NCBI GenBank assembly: GCA_951406725.2
Contig: OX597819.1
Span: 17,050,001 to 17,114,000, forward strand
Reading direction: 5' to 3'
Source: Octopus vulgaris
Lineage: Eukaryota
DNA: 64,000 bases
A model generated the notes under the pieces. The model was given only the letters and a program-made list of their open reading frames with translations, was not told the DNA's origin and ran no database searches. Made by a program: the position numbers and the translations under genes. Positions 12,680-26,574 of this stretch are shown piece by piece. Positions within the stretch are counted from its first letter, which is position 1; each line of letters starts with the position of its first letter.

Positions 12680-13470
12680 CTGACAGGAGAAGACGTTGAA
12701 TGGTTGATTCCCAAAGTTAGTTTCAGCAAGTAGTAGTAGTGAGATGTGGTTATGGTTGCAGAAAGGAAGGCTGAAAAGAGAGACAGAAAATTTGTTAGTA
12801 GCTGCAGACCAAGTATTAAGGACTAACTGGGTAAAAACCAAGATAGACAAAAACCAAGTAGATTCCCAATGTAGGCTATGCAAATCAAATGAGGTAAGCG
12901 TTACTCATATATAGCAAGTGAATGTAGGATGCTGGTACAGAAAATACAAGAAAAGACATGACAACCTAGGGAGAGTAATCCACTGGGAGTTATTTAGAGA
13001 GCTAGGATTTGAACATACTAATAAATGGTACGAATATGAACCTAGTAAAGTACTAGAAAGTAAGAAATATAAAATGTTGTGTGACTTTAACATCGAGACT
13101 GACAGAGTAATAGCATCTGGAAGGTCTTATTTAGTATTAGTAGATAAAGAGAATAGAAAGTGACAGATAATTGAGTTTACAGTCCAAAAGGATGAAAAAA
13201 TCAATATGAGAGGTATAGGAAAAATAGAAAAGTATCAGGAGCTGGCCATTGAAGTACAGAGAGTATGGACAGTGCGGGTAGAATGTAATCCAGTAGTTAT
13301 AGGTCCATTGGGAAGTATCCCTAAAGATCTGAACAGAAGGATAGAGAAAACAGGCATGAAACACAGTTTGGTACAGCTCCAGAAAACGGTGTTATCAGGG
13401 GACAGCCAGGAAGCTTAGGAGGGTTCTTGGCATCTAAGGTTACTTGTTGTAGTCCGATGTTAGGAATTTT
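12680..13470 (+). mobile_element. R4/Dong-like (R2 superfamily) non-LTR retrotransposon, 3' part with CCHC and restriction-like endonuclease
   Basis: WLQKGRLKRETENLLVAADQVLRTN..CRLCKSNEVSVTHI..YKKRHDNLGRVIHW..DFNIETD..KIEKYQELAIEVQRVW..PVVIGPLGSIP (ORFs 12918-13163 and 13206-13418), with stops and frameshifts. Confidence 0.9.
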
Positions 13471-13475
13471 TTCTT

Positions 13476-13910
13476 TTCCACAGAGGAAGGTGGTCTCCAT
13501 TTTTCCATACATGATCAGCTATACCCGATTTATCAATATCTCCTCGTGTTACAACTTTGCGATGTTCGTCCACCCTTATTTTGAGAGGGCGGCATGTTTC
13601 ACCTTTGTATAACTTACCACATCTGCATGGGATGGAGTGCACGCAGTCTTTGGTCTTATTCTCTTCTATTGGTGGTTTCACTCGAAGAAGATATTTGCGA
13701 ATTGTTGTATTACTCTTGAATACTGTCCTGATGTCATATGGACTGCATACCTTTTGTATCTTTTCAGAGAAGCCTTTCACATAGGGTAGACAGTCTGTGG
13801 ACAGTTTATTGGTTTCATCCTCTCTTTTCTTCATACTCGCCACTCCAATTATGAAGAAAAGAGAGGATGAAACCAATAAACTGTCCACAGTCTGTCTACC
13901 CTATGTGAAA
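13476..13910 (-). mobile_element. Penelope-like element fragment (GIY-YIG endonuclease) with 5' fold-back
   Basis: ORF 13460-13888: LPYVKGFSEKIQK..CVHSIPCRCGKLYKGETCRPLKIRVDEHRK..SGIADHVW, a Penelope/Poseidon-type EN. 61-bp inverted arms at 13775-13835 and 13850-13910. Confidence 0.9.
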
Positions 13911-14334
13911 TATAAACAAAAATGCAAATAATTTACGATGCTATCAGCATTTTGTTTGATACCCAACTACATATGCCCCTCTACAACACACACTCACCCC
14001 CACACACAGAGGCACGCACGCACGCACATTGGTGAAAGCAAAATTACTTCAGTTGTTATACTGGTGAAAGGAAATTAATTGAAACTTGTTGGACAATGTC
14101 CTTCATGAAATTGGATAAGTTTTTCTTTGTCGTTACTCACGAGATATCAGACACATGCACACGACTATGTACACATAGAAATGCATACACACATGAGTAC
14201 ATGTGGTTATCAAATTCTCACGGTCATCATTGCAATCATCATCGAATTCGTGCCGTCAACTTTTTGAGAATGATATCGTTTTCCGGTAATGGCATTGTAC
14301 CGTATTAACTCGATTACTTATCTATCATACTAAA

Positions 14335-14495
14335 AATAGCTACCAAATGCCTCACAGAGCGCATCATCTTAAAACAGACGCATTAGATAATGTAGTCCTA
14401 GATACTCCCTGTTTTATCCCCGGCAGGATGATATTCAGTGAAACGTCTTTGTCCACAGTTCAATCTGGGCTAATTTGGTGCCAAATCTGAACAGC
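14335..14495 (-). repeat. Old short interspersed repeat (family E)
   Basis: AAATAGCTACCAAAT..GATAATGTAGTCCTAG blocks are the reverse complement of those in the 6228-6430 copy. Confidence 0.45.
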
Positions 14496-14511
14496 AAAGA
14501 TAAATATATAT

Positions 14512-14727
14512 TCTTTTCTACTCTAGGCACAAGGCCCGAAATGTTTGGAGAGGGGGGCCAGTCGATTAGATCGACCCCAGGACGCAACTGGTACTAAATT
14601 TATCGATCCCTAAAGGATGAAAGGCAAAGTCGACCTCGGCGGAATTTGAACTTAGAACGTAACGGCAGACGAAATACCGCTTAGTATTTCGCCCGGCGTG
14701 CTAGCATTTCTGCCAGCTCGTTGCCTT
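14512..14727 (-). mobile_element. SINE family B, full length, 13-bp TSD
   Basis: Homologous to 10412-10596; flanked by GATAAATATATAT at 14499-14511 and 14728-14740. Confidence 0.92.
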
Positions 14728-15669
14728 GATAAATATATATATATATACATATATATTGGTTGGTTTATTCCTAGATGTACTGTACCTGCTTGAGTGACTG
14801 GATTGCTATGACTGGAATGTCTCAATGACTCGGGGCTAAATAGTAACGACGAGTGACTAAATATATGCCTGGGTTATCACTTCTGGGACTATTTGATTAG
14901 AGTTCTGATGGATTTCGCTGACCTGGGGTTAAACAGCAACAACAACAAGGAGCACATTGAATCGCATAGTCGTAAATACACCGTGTCTTTGAGTTATCAG
15001 TACTACCACTACCACAATCATCCCCCCCGCCACCACAAGAACAAGAACGACAAAAACAATAGCGACAATAGCAGCAACAACAATATCAAGAACAAACCCT
15101 GTCTTAGTTCATTTCCTTATCTTGCTTTTACGTTCATCAGTGTACTGAATCACTAGAATGTGGCATTTATTCCGGTTCTCTGCGCCCTGTGTTCGAATCC
15201 TACCGAAGTCAAGATTGTGTTTCATACTTTCAAGGTTGATAAATAAAGTACTAAGTCTGTTTTGCAATCAATCCTTCTTTATCGCTGTAAAAATTAAAAA
15301 GTCCATGGTGTCGCGAGTAGCGCTTCAATTTGTCCAACAGATTGAACGCTCATTGTCGAAACGGTCGGAGAATCCATCATCGGCATATCATCATTAAGAA
15401 CTTCCGGCTTACTTGCAGAAAACTAAAATAATCTCTCACTCTGCTGAACCAATTCCTCTATCCCCCTCATCTCATCCAATTCCTGAGCCAGATTTTCTTT
15501 CCATCATAGTCTAGTTGCTGAAGTGGAGAATGCTGGGAACGGCATAATAACAGATGTTTTGTGAATAAAACCTTGAAGAGTTGTACAACAATTAGGGTTC
15601 CAACATACTGAGTGTGTGTTGAATAATATTAACTGAAATGGTGGAGTGAGGGCGGGGCGGACTGGAAAT

Positions 15670-16340
15670 TGTGGTGTTGTTTGTGTGGTGGTTGTGATAG
15701 TGGTGGTGATGATGATTGTAATCGTGTTGATGGTGTTGGGTGGTGAGTCAGGGAGTGATGATGGCAACGACGGCGATGGTAATGGTTGTGGTGGTAGTGG
15801 TATCGGTGGTTTTGTTGGCGATGATGATGAATGATGTTGGCGAGGATCATGATGATGATATTGATAGTGGTGATGATGATGAAGATGATCATTGCATTGG
15901 TGGTGATTAGTGACCAATGGTAGGTAGGGAGTGATAGGCAAAGTGGTAGTCTATGTGTGGTTCCGGCAATAGTAGTGGTGGTACTAGTGATGGTGGTGGA
16001 TGCTGGTGGCAGTGGTAGCGATAGCAGTGAGTGTAGTGTCAGTGGAGGTAGAAGTAATGGTGATGGTTGTAGTGGAGGTGGTTAATAGCAGGGTTATAGT
16101 TGATGTTCAGGTTGATATTGTTTGTGGTGATGGTGATGGTGGTGTAGTGGTGTGTATGCTGGTTGCTGCGTTGATAGTGATAATAATGGCGGTGCTGATA
16201 ATCATAGGGTTGACGCTTGTGGTGGTAGAGGTGTCAGAGGCGTTGGCATCGATATCGGTGCGTTTGTACTTATGCTGGCGGTGGTGGTGATTGTAGCGGC
16301 TTTGGAATGGTGTAGTGTTGATGGTCATATTATTGGTAAT
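15670..16340. repeat. GGT/GAT-rich low-complexity degenerate trinucleotide region
   Basis: Direct inspection. Confidence 0.8.
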
Positions 16341-16940
16341 GGTGTTTTGAGGTATTTCAAAAGCCATATGCGTTGTGTGGTTGTTTGTGTGGAACAGGAG
16401 TACAGATTTTCTGCATCCCTCTCTCCTACAACAGCTGTCTCTCTTTCTTCCTCTTTTCTTTCCCTCTCTCCCTCTTCTTTCTCTCTCTCTCTCCATCTCC
16501 TCTCCCTCTACTCCCCCTCTCTGTAATTTTGACCTCTACTTCACACGGGCACATTCTTTACACATGTAGAGGATACTCATCCTCTAATGTAACTATACGA
16601 AGTGAAACTTGTCAGGTCCTTCCAAATTTTATTTAATTTGCTTTGCGGGAGGGACTGTTTCAACGAAGTCACGTCTTGTTCTTACCTTCGAACGTGGAGT
16701 AGATGAAACAGGGGCAACTGAAGAAGGGGAATATTCTTTATGTTTTATGTCTCGTTTCTCTTTTTTTTTTCGTTGTTTGAAAAAAAGTTCGTTTCTATGT
16801 TTTTGTTTTTATGTTTCCATTTCTCATTGTGTTTAACATTATTTTATGTCCTGTACCCATATATGCATGTATATATACATATATTTGTAGGTATGTACAT
16901 ATATGTATGTATATATGCATGTATTTATATATTATCTATA

Positions 16941-16984
<44 letters not shown>

Positions 16985-16986
<2 letters not shown>

Positions 16987-17165
16987 GTATGTGTGTGTAT
17001 ATGTTTGTGTGTCTGTGTTTGTCCCCTTAACTTAGCAGTTCGGCAAAAGAGGTCCGATAAAATAAGTACTTGGCTTATAAAGAATAAGCCCTCGAGTCGA
17101 TTTGCTCGACTAAAGGTGGTGATCCAGCATGGCCGCAGTCAAATGACTGAAGCAAATGAAAGAAT
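16985..17165 (+). mobile_element. SINE family A, 3' half
   Basis: AACTTAGCAGTTCGGCAAAAGAG..CGATAAAATAAGTACT..GTCGATTTGCTCGACTAAAGG..CCAGCATGGCCGCAGTCAAATGACTGAA. Confidence 0.85.
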
Positions 17166-17429
17166 AGGCCTGACTGGTACTGGCGACATTCGCAATTTTT
17201 TCTTCTGTATGTTCTCTTCTGATTTTAATCATCTGAGTTCTTCCTTTGAGGAAGGAGTTGGTTTCTAGCTAAGCTACAAAATATCCATTGATGGAATGCA
17301 GATGACGAAAACGAATTCCAAATTTAAACTTAAATAATGTTTTGTATTTTCTACTGTTCCATTTACAAATTGTATTTGTAATGTGTGCATTAGCTGGTTG
17401 ATTTCTTTCTCCTTCATGTATGTATATAC

Positions 17430-18182
<753 letters not shown>

Positions 18183-18332
18183 ATATATATATATAAAATA
18201 CAAAATGGGACAAGAAAGCAAAACATCCAAATAGAAGACACAAAAATCACGGACGGGTCATTCGAAGCCTTTAATATTCAGTCAAGAACCGGATCATCCT
18301 CGCAATTTCGGCTGATTATATGTATATATGTA

Positions 18333-18556
18333 CGAGGGTGTGTTGAAACGTTACCGGCTTTGGAGAAAAGATAATACATGAGGATCAATTAATTATGATT
18401 TTACCCAGCATCTTTCTCTCTTACTAATGAGATTCACATACTTACTGCAGCGGTCTTTTAGTTTTTCTGAACCCAATAAAAGAACTCGGAAGTTTGGGCC
18501 ACCAATCGGGCCTTTCGCCATATCCTTAAAGCCAGGAGTTTTTCGGCATCTCCTCG
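18333..18556. mobile_element. Mariner-derived MITE (~224 bp)
   Basis: TA + CGAGGGTGTGTTGAAACGTTACCGGCTTT at the left and AAAGCCAGGAGTTTTTCGGCATCTCCTCG at the right form imperfect TIRs. Internal minus-strand LLGSEKLKDRCSKYVNL resembles a mariner transposase C-terminus. Confidence 0.7.
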
Positions 18557-19129
18557 AATGTGTGTATGTATGTATGCATTCATGCATGTGTATGGCTGAA
18601 TGTATGTGCTTACACACTCACACACACACACACACACACATACACACACACATTCGCTTGATGGTGTTTTACTATGTTGATGTATGCTGGCAATGCTCGA
18701 CCGTTTGAGTGCGATATCCGTATCAATGCAGATGACCAATGTGGGAACGCACGGAACCTTTTGATTTGGTCAAATATCTCGGCACTCTTTTAGTTTGGTC
18801 AAATATCTCACCACAAAGTCATACTAGGCTCTACATTCCTTTCACAAAGATAATATATTGAGCACTTTACGTCTTTGCTTGAAATCATAAATAATGTTAC
18901 TTCCACACCGTCGACCGCTGTCAGCGGTCATAAAATCAAACTTATACGCGCGCGCGCGCGTACACGAACATTTGTATTGGTAAATAGATTGGCGGATGCA
19001 TACACATACATCAACTGAGCTAATGTGCTACACGCTGCTGGGTGTTCTGCCTATGCAATTAACTACGTTTGTGTGTGTGTGTGTGTGTGTTAACTTCAGG
19101 TTACAATCAAATACACTCGTGTGAGCATA

Positions 19130-19269
<140 letters not shown>

Positions 19270-19869
19270 AACAGATAAATATGTAGGTAGGTAGGTAGAT
19301 AGATAGATTGATTTGTGTATATGTATGTATACATCTGTATGTGTATTGCGAAGCACAGCCATCGAAAATTGAAGAGAAGCAGAGTGAAACAGGGTGATGA
19401 GAATTTTAGTGATTGAGTAAGAGTGAGTAATTCACTGAGTATGAGGAGTAGTGTAACAATAGAGTTTTGAGAGGGTATCGATTGCTGTCTGATCGATACG
19501 TATTTGCCTCAGTTTCCCTCCTTATGTATCCAAAAATGAATCCATCAATACGGGCGCTGGTTGCATGACTATGTCCCCCGGGACACCGAAACATTGGAAT
19601 TCTAAACTGTATTTCATAAGTGATACTCTAACTTGTCGAGAGGTTAGTGTGTGCTAGTGATGAAATACAACAGTGTGTTTGATTGTCTGTTTGTATGAAG
19701 ATATGTGTGCGTGTGTGTGTGTGTGTGTGTATAATTGTTTGTGCGTGTCTATGTGAGATCACAAACATACACTTGTAGCACTACATACGTGAATACAAAT
19801 ATATTCATATATATTACGCACACACATGTTATAGATATATGTTGTTAGATAAATTTGCATTTATATGTG

Positions 19870-19995
19870 CGCGGGTATACATACATACATACATACACAC
19901 ACATATATTATATGTATACGAATATATCAATATCGATATTGTATATCTAAATGTAAAGCTATACATACATATATATATATATGTATGTATGTATG

Positions 19996-20034
<39 letters not shown>

Positions 20035-20097
20035 GTATATATAAATATGTATATATATACACACATATATATATATATGCATATATATATATATATA

Positions 20098-20141
<44 letters not shown>

Positions 20142-20152
20142 TATATATACAT

Positions 20153-20183
<31 letters not shown>

Positions 20184-20364
20184 CATACATACATACATAC
20201 ATAATACATACATACATGCATACATACATACATACAAATATACATACATACGTACTTACATACACATATGTGTATATATATATATATAAACATATATATT
20301 TATATATTATATATGTATATATATATATATGTATATATACATATATATATATGTATATATATAA

Positions 20365-20397
<33 letters not shown>

Positions 20398-20516
20398 TAT
20401 ATATATACACATACATGGAGACACAATAATCAGCTGCCCTATAGGTGAGAGATGCTTTAGGTTACATCCCATTGTCTTGAATACATACATACACACACTC
20501 ACGTATATATGAGTAC

Positions 20517-20578
<62 letters not shown>
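19870..20578. repeat. Long TA/CA/TACA-rich microsatellite field ending in (GA)n
   Basis: Direct inspection. Confidence 0.9.
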
Positions 20579-20580
<2 letters not shown>

Positions 20581-20927
20581 AAAAGAAGGGATTGGGGGGA
20601 GGGAGGGAGGAAGGGAGATTGTGTGAAGTGAAAAGATGTAGATGTACAAACGGTGTTGAAGATGTAGATGGTAGTGAATTGAAGATGTAACGTCTGAGAC
20701 AACAGTTATAATTGATAACGTAGTTAATCGATAACAGAAAAAACAATAAATATATCGTAGATCGATCAAGATATTTGAATATGTGAGACGTAACTAGTCG
20801 ATAGTATTTCGTGTGGATGTATAATTACATACATACATATGCATACACACATGTATCAATACATATATACACCCGCACACAAACACGCACGGTGTTCACT
20901 TTATATATATATATATATATCTGAGTA

Positions 20928-20993
<66 letters not shown>

Positions 20994-21024
20994 TATGTAT
21001 GTGCATTTATGCTATCTCCCCCCC

Positions 21025-21058
<34 letters not shown>

Positions 21059-21885
21059 TTGCGTGCGTTTGTATATGTATATATTTCTGTTTGAGATTGG
21101 ACAATTCCGAATCGATAGGACAAAAATGAGATTGTGCTTGCCAGTGATGTGGTGGAGGAGGGTGGTGGTTTTTGCAAGGATGTTGTGTTGGTGATAGGGG
21201 TGGAGGTCTAGGAGGTGGTACTAATGTGATTGCGTAGGTGGTGGTGGTGGTGGTGGTTGTCGTGATTGTACCGTAATAATCAGGCTCTTCTATTGCCGAT
21301 TTTGTGTCGAATACATACTGTTCCTATTTAGCCCATGGTCAGATCTTTTTCACCAAGCCCTGGACAGAGACGATCCAGCCAGGACCATTCTACAATGGTT
21401 CGTAATGCATCGCTTTCTTGCAAGTAACCAAGGTAGAATTTGAGGGATATTTAACTACGAGTTTTAACGATAATTGTGCTGTTAAATGGCTCTGGTGGTG
21501 GTGGTGGTGGTGGTGGTGGTGGCGGTGATAGTTTGATGAAATCTGATGCAGTGATGACCCATTATGTGGAGTGTAGTGGGTTGTAATGTAACATTTGAAT
21601 GGCGCAGGGGATGGAGTAAAGGAAGGGTGGGAGAAGAGTGGTGAACAACTTGGAATGAAGAGGACGTCTGAAGAGGGGGAGGGGTTAGAAAAGCAGAAAC
21701 TTCAATGCATTGGTGTGGCTGGGTCTGGTAAGGCTTGGCAGAGATATCAGGGGTCCGAGAGGGCAGTAGCGTATTGAATTGTTAATCTAGTGAATATCCA
21801 GTTCAATTTCGGTCGCAAACCTGATTAAGAGAAACGCGCACACACACATTATATATAGACACACAAATGCATATATACGTATGTA

Positions 21886-21991
<106 letters not shown>

Positions 21992-22525
21992 GGGGTGCAA
22001 AGAGAGAAATGGAGAGTAGGGGTAAACTGAGTGTTTGTTATATGCATGAGGCAGCGAGCATTAACTGAATATATTTAACTCAAATATATTTTTATTAACC
22101 CCTTCTGATGAGGGGATGGATGGCATACAATTGTAGCTGAATGAACTTATTTCATATTTATTTGTTAACACCAATTTAGTACATGTCCTTATATGCATAA
22201 CGCACATTTCTGCCCCTATTTGTCAATGAATTCCTTAAACAACTGTAAATCAATGCTTTCAGTTTTCTTCTTTCTCATTAATTGTGTCTTTTCGCTCATG
22301 GAATTTCTAGCTATATTCTTGTTTATGAAGGACTATAACGGACTATCTTCTTACTTTCTGCCTAATTGTATTTATATGAATGTGTAACTTACAAATAATT
22401 TGATGCCATAATCAACTGCTTGTCCATCTTATGTACACCACACACACACACACACACACACACACTCTCTCTCTCTCTCTCTTTCTCTCCCCAAAAATAC
22501 ATACACAAGGACACACACATACACA

Positions 22526-22664
22526 TGCAGGCTGTTTATTTAAACCGGTCCAATGGCCAGTTATTCTGCAGTTTTCTTGGAGTCTGGCGTCTCTGAAGCA
22601 GTGGCTGCACGGCGGGGTAATTGAATAACAGGTCACTGGACCAGCTTAAATAAACTGCGCTGCA
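22526..22664. mobile_element. Short MITE-like element with ~40-bp imperfect TIRs
   Basis: TGCAGGCTGTTTATTTAAACCGGTCCAATGGCCAGTTATTC versus the reverse complement of the right end, TGCAGCGCAGTTTATTTAAGCTGGTCCAGTGACCTGTTATTC. Confidence 0.65.
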
Positions 22665-22717
22665 CTGTATGTTTGTATTGAGAACTTCTTTTCCAGATCG
22701 ATATCCATCATATGTGT

Positions 22718-22777
<60 letters not shown>

Positions 22778-22792
22778 ATACACAGATATATA

Positions 22793-24055
22793 CAGGGGTT
22801 TGACAAAACAATCGAAACACCTAGCATCATAACATCATAATTTTGAAATATCTATAAAACCGTCAAAAACTTGTTTATTTTTATGTTTTTTTTTATTTGT
22901 TATTCGTGTTGCTTGATACGTTTTGCTAAATTTGCTGTTTCTTTTCAGATATCATTAGAAAAAGGTAATTAAAATTCAATAAAATGACAGATCTATCGGA
23001 CTTTGAAAGATGTCAAATTGTTGGATCTTGTATGGCAGGCGCTAGCGTAACGAAAACAGCCAAAATGTTTGGTATATCAAGAAGTATCGTCTCGAAAGTA
23101 ATGACAGCTTTGAGAAAGATGGAAAAACCTCCTAGTTGAAACAAAACTCCGGAAGAAAACCAAAACTTTCAGATAGGCACCATCGGACTCTAACGCGAGT
23201 TGTTAGAAAGAATCACAAAAGTGCAGCTCCCAGAATTACTGCAGAGCTTAATGACCACTTCGAGAACCCAGTTTCCACAAAAACTGTTTGTCGGGATCTG
23301 CATAAAGCCGGATTTCACGGGAGGGCTGCTATCGGAAAACCACTACTTTCAAAAGCAAACGTTGCAAAGCGTCTAGAGTGGAGTAAAAAGCTACAGAATT
23401 GGTTCCTAGAGCAATGGAAGAATGTTATTTTCTCAGACGAGTTATCCTTTAACTTATTTCTGACCACCGGCCGCGTATACGTGTGGAGACAGCCAAAAGA
23501 AGCATTTGACCCAGACTGCCTTCTTCCAACTGTTAAACATGATTGGGGGTGGGGGAGGCTATATCTTGGAAATCTATTGGCCCAACGGTTTCCCTTCATG
23601 GCAGAATTAATAGTGAAGACTATTTAAGCATTTTATCTGATCAAATTCATCCTATGGTTGCGGAACTATTTCCGGAGGTAAGCGCAATCTTTCAGTATGA
23701 TAATGCACCAATTCACACGGCGAAAGTTGTTACTGAATGGCACGAGTGCCATTCTAGTGAAGTTGAACATCTTGTGTGGCACCTCAGTCCCCATGTCTCA
23801 GTATTATTGGACATTTATGGTACAGTTTAGAAAAATAAGTAAGGAGTCGATATCCTCCACCATCATCATTACAAGAACTAGAGACAGTTTTAGCTGAAGA
23901 ATGGTCAAAAGTTCGATTAGAAACAATTCAAGCTTTGTACAAGTCCATACTTCATAGAATTCAAACCATAATTACTGCCAAAGGTGGTCCTACCCCATAT
24001 TAAAATAAATTTGTTTGAAATTTTAAGGTGTTTCCATTATTTTGTCCAACCCTTG
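22793..24055 (+). mobile_element. Full-length Tc1-family DNA transposon (1263 bp)
   Basis: TA TSDs at 22791-22792 and 24056-24057; ~30-bp TIRs CAGGGGTTTGACAAAACAATCGAAACACCT / CAAGGGTTGGACAAAATAATGGAAACACCT. Confidence 0.95.
22984..24003 (+). pseudogene. Tc1 transposase pseudogene
   Basis: MTDLSDFERCQIVG..SGRKPKLSDR..WKNVIFSDELSFNLF..FQYDNAPIHTAK, with several frameshifts and stops (ORFs 23136-23627 and 23543-23830). Confidence 0.92.
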
Positions 24056-24963
24056 TATGTGTGTGTTTATGTGTGCATGTGTGTGTATCATACATGCATG
24101 TATAATACAGACACACATGTGTATGTATATTATACACACACACATGTGTATGTATATTATATGATCACACACACACAAAGTGTCGGTAATTGTCACATAG
24201 TTACCCGATATGTATGCAAGGATTGTATATAGGTTCATTCTAATATATTCAACGGACAATTTAGTAGTATTATAATCTTTCAAAGTTGAAGTTTTAAAGT
24301 AAAATGTAGCCCAAATTAAAAACGAAAGCTTGATAGTATCCCATATATTTGTAAACAGATCTTATTTTATCCCAAGAAGCTAGGAGACAAGGATATACCC
24401 GTGAAATTTTTTCAAGGTTTCTGAGACCGATGGGGAGAAATATACCCCATACAGGATATCTGACCTGAATTCTTGCAATACAGTGAACTCTTCTAATGTG
24501 CCCAAGAGCTCGGTGGCGATGCTGCACAGAGTAAGGGCTGAGTCTATCACCTAAGTACATAGGATGCAACAGCGTTCTCACATTTCCGCTACAGGGAATC
24601 TAAAGGTGGAAGGCAGAAGGGAGCAAGTTATCTCCAATTAATACAATGCTTGCAATGGAGTGAGTTCTTCAAATGGCACCTCTGCGCTCGGTGATGTAGA
24701 GCCAACTAGAGGATTTATTAAGCTTATCCAGCAAGTATTTAGAACGATAAGAGCCGGAAAAAGTTCGTTATAGTATTTCCCGTCCGATGGTATAACGTCC
24801 GTCCATCCACTGTCTTGGGCCGGATCTTTATTTTGTCAGTCACTGAGAGGGTGTATAGTAAAAGTTAACCATGGCGAGAATGGAACTCAGAGCGGAAAGA
24901 GCTAAAACAAATTTGAAGATCCGAAGAAAAGTAGAGTTCGTAAGACAAAATGTATGAGAGAAG

Positions 24964-25022
<59 letters not shown>

Positions 25023-25359
25023 TGTCTATGCGGGGTGGGGGATTTGAGCTAGATAGGAAAGTAAAATCAATGTAATTAAACAATGATTGCGGTCACAAGG
25101 GAAGGTGAAGAGACAGGTTCCATTTCTATGCGTGGTACAAATCAAAATCCGTTTTATATAACTACTGCTGTATCATATTTACATAATATTTAATGATAAT
25201 TTGTATGATATGGAAAACACAGCAAACTAGCAGCTGTTATTAATGCACAAAACAATTGTTGTGATTTGTTATTCAAGCCCGATCATTCCAACTTCTTGTT
25301 TTATAAGTTTTTTATATGATTTCTGAGCACACCAACTGATTTACACAATTTATAATATA

Positions 25360-25450
25360 CAGGAGTGTAGTAAGTAGCTTGCTTACCAGCCTCGGGCCGA
25401 CCAAAGCCTTGTGAGTAGATTTGGTAGACGAAAACTGAAAGAAGCCCGTC

Positions 25451-25528
<78 letters not shown>

Positions 25529-25755
25529 ATGTGTGTGTGTGTGTGTGTTTGTGTCTGTGTTTGACACCGCAGCATCGCTTGACAACCGATGCTGGTGTGT
25601 TTACCTCCTCGTAAATTAGCGTTTCGGCAAAAGAGACCGATAGAATAAGTACTAGGCTTACAAAGAATAAGTTCTGGGTTCGATTTGTTCGACTAAAGGC
25701 GTTGCTCCAGCATGGCTGCAGTCAAATGTTAAATGACTGAAAGAAATAAAAGACT
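25360..25755 (+). mobile_element. SINE family A (internal deletion in the head)
   Basis: GCCTCGGGCCGACCAAAGCCTTGTGAGTAGATTTGGTAGACGAAAACTGAAAGAAGCCCGTCG, a (TA)(TG) tract and the conserved 3' half. Confidence 0.9.
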
Positions 25756-25900
25756 AAAAATGTATACATCCATCCATAAACACACACACACGCACATACA
25801 TACATACACACACACACACATATATATATATATACATATATACACACACATCTATATCCACGCACATACATACATATATATATATATTATATTTAAATTA

Positions 25901-25945
<45 letters not shown>

Positions 25946-26516
25946 ACATATATGCTCATACAGCTTATATACACATATATACACGCGTTCATTTCCGTGT
26001 TTGTGTTTGTATGACAGTATCTCTGTTTAAAGAAAAGCATTGGCCTACAACGAACAGACTATGCAAGATTTTGTGTACAAAGTGCTTATTTGTCTATCTC
26101 GCTGTACTAACGCTAAGTTCCCACCGTCCCAGTATAGGCATTTTTGACAGAACACCTATCACCGACTTTCTGTACCCACCCCTTACCCACTACTGTTATC
26201 CCATAACACAAGCCCTACTGTAATGATGTTTGCGGGGTGGTGGAGCTGGTAGCAGACCAGACAGGAGCCACCTTACTTAACTCTATTACTTTAATAAGGG
26301 ACACAATTGTACACTGGTACGCTGTGAATGTCATGGCGGTTTGTGAAAAGTAGGGTAAGGAAATCTGTGCATTGGCTATTCACAATGCTGTGCAGAAGTA
26401 GAAGGCTTAGCTTGTTGTCATGGAGATAATACTACCTTTGACACAGAACAGAGGTCAGCTTTCATATCATGTGTCTACGTATACATAAATTATACATACA
26501 CTCACGCACACGCACG

Positions 26517-26550
<34 letters not shown>

Positions 26551-26574
26551 CATACATACACACATTAACTAACT

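Noticed and set aside
18765-18809. 16-bp direct repeat TTTGGTCAAATATCTC
   Set aside because: Only 13 bp lie between the copies; most simply a local slippage duplication.
24300-24830. Balanced-composition segment as an exon or LTR-element relic
   Set aside because: No recognisable motif or clean splice-bounded frame was found by eye; left unannotated.
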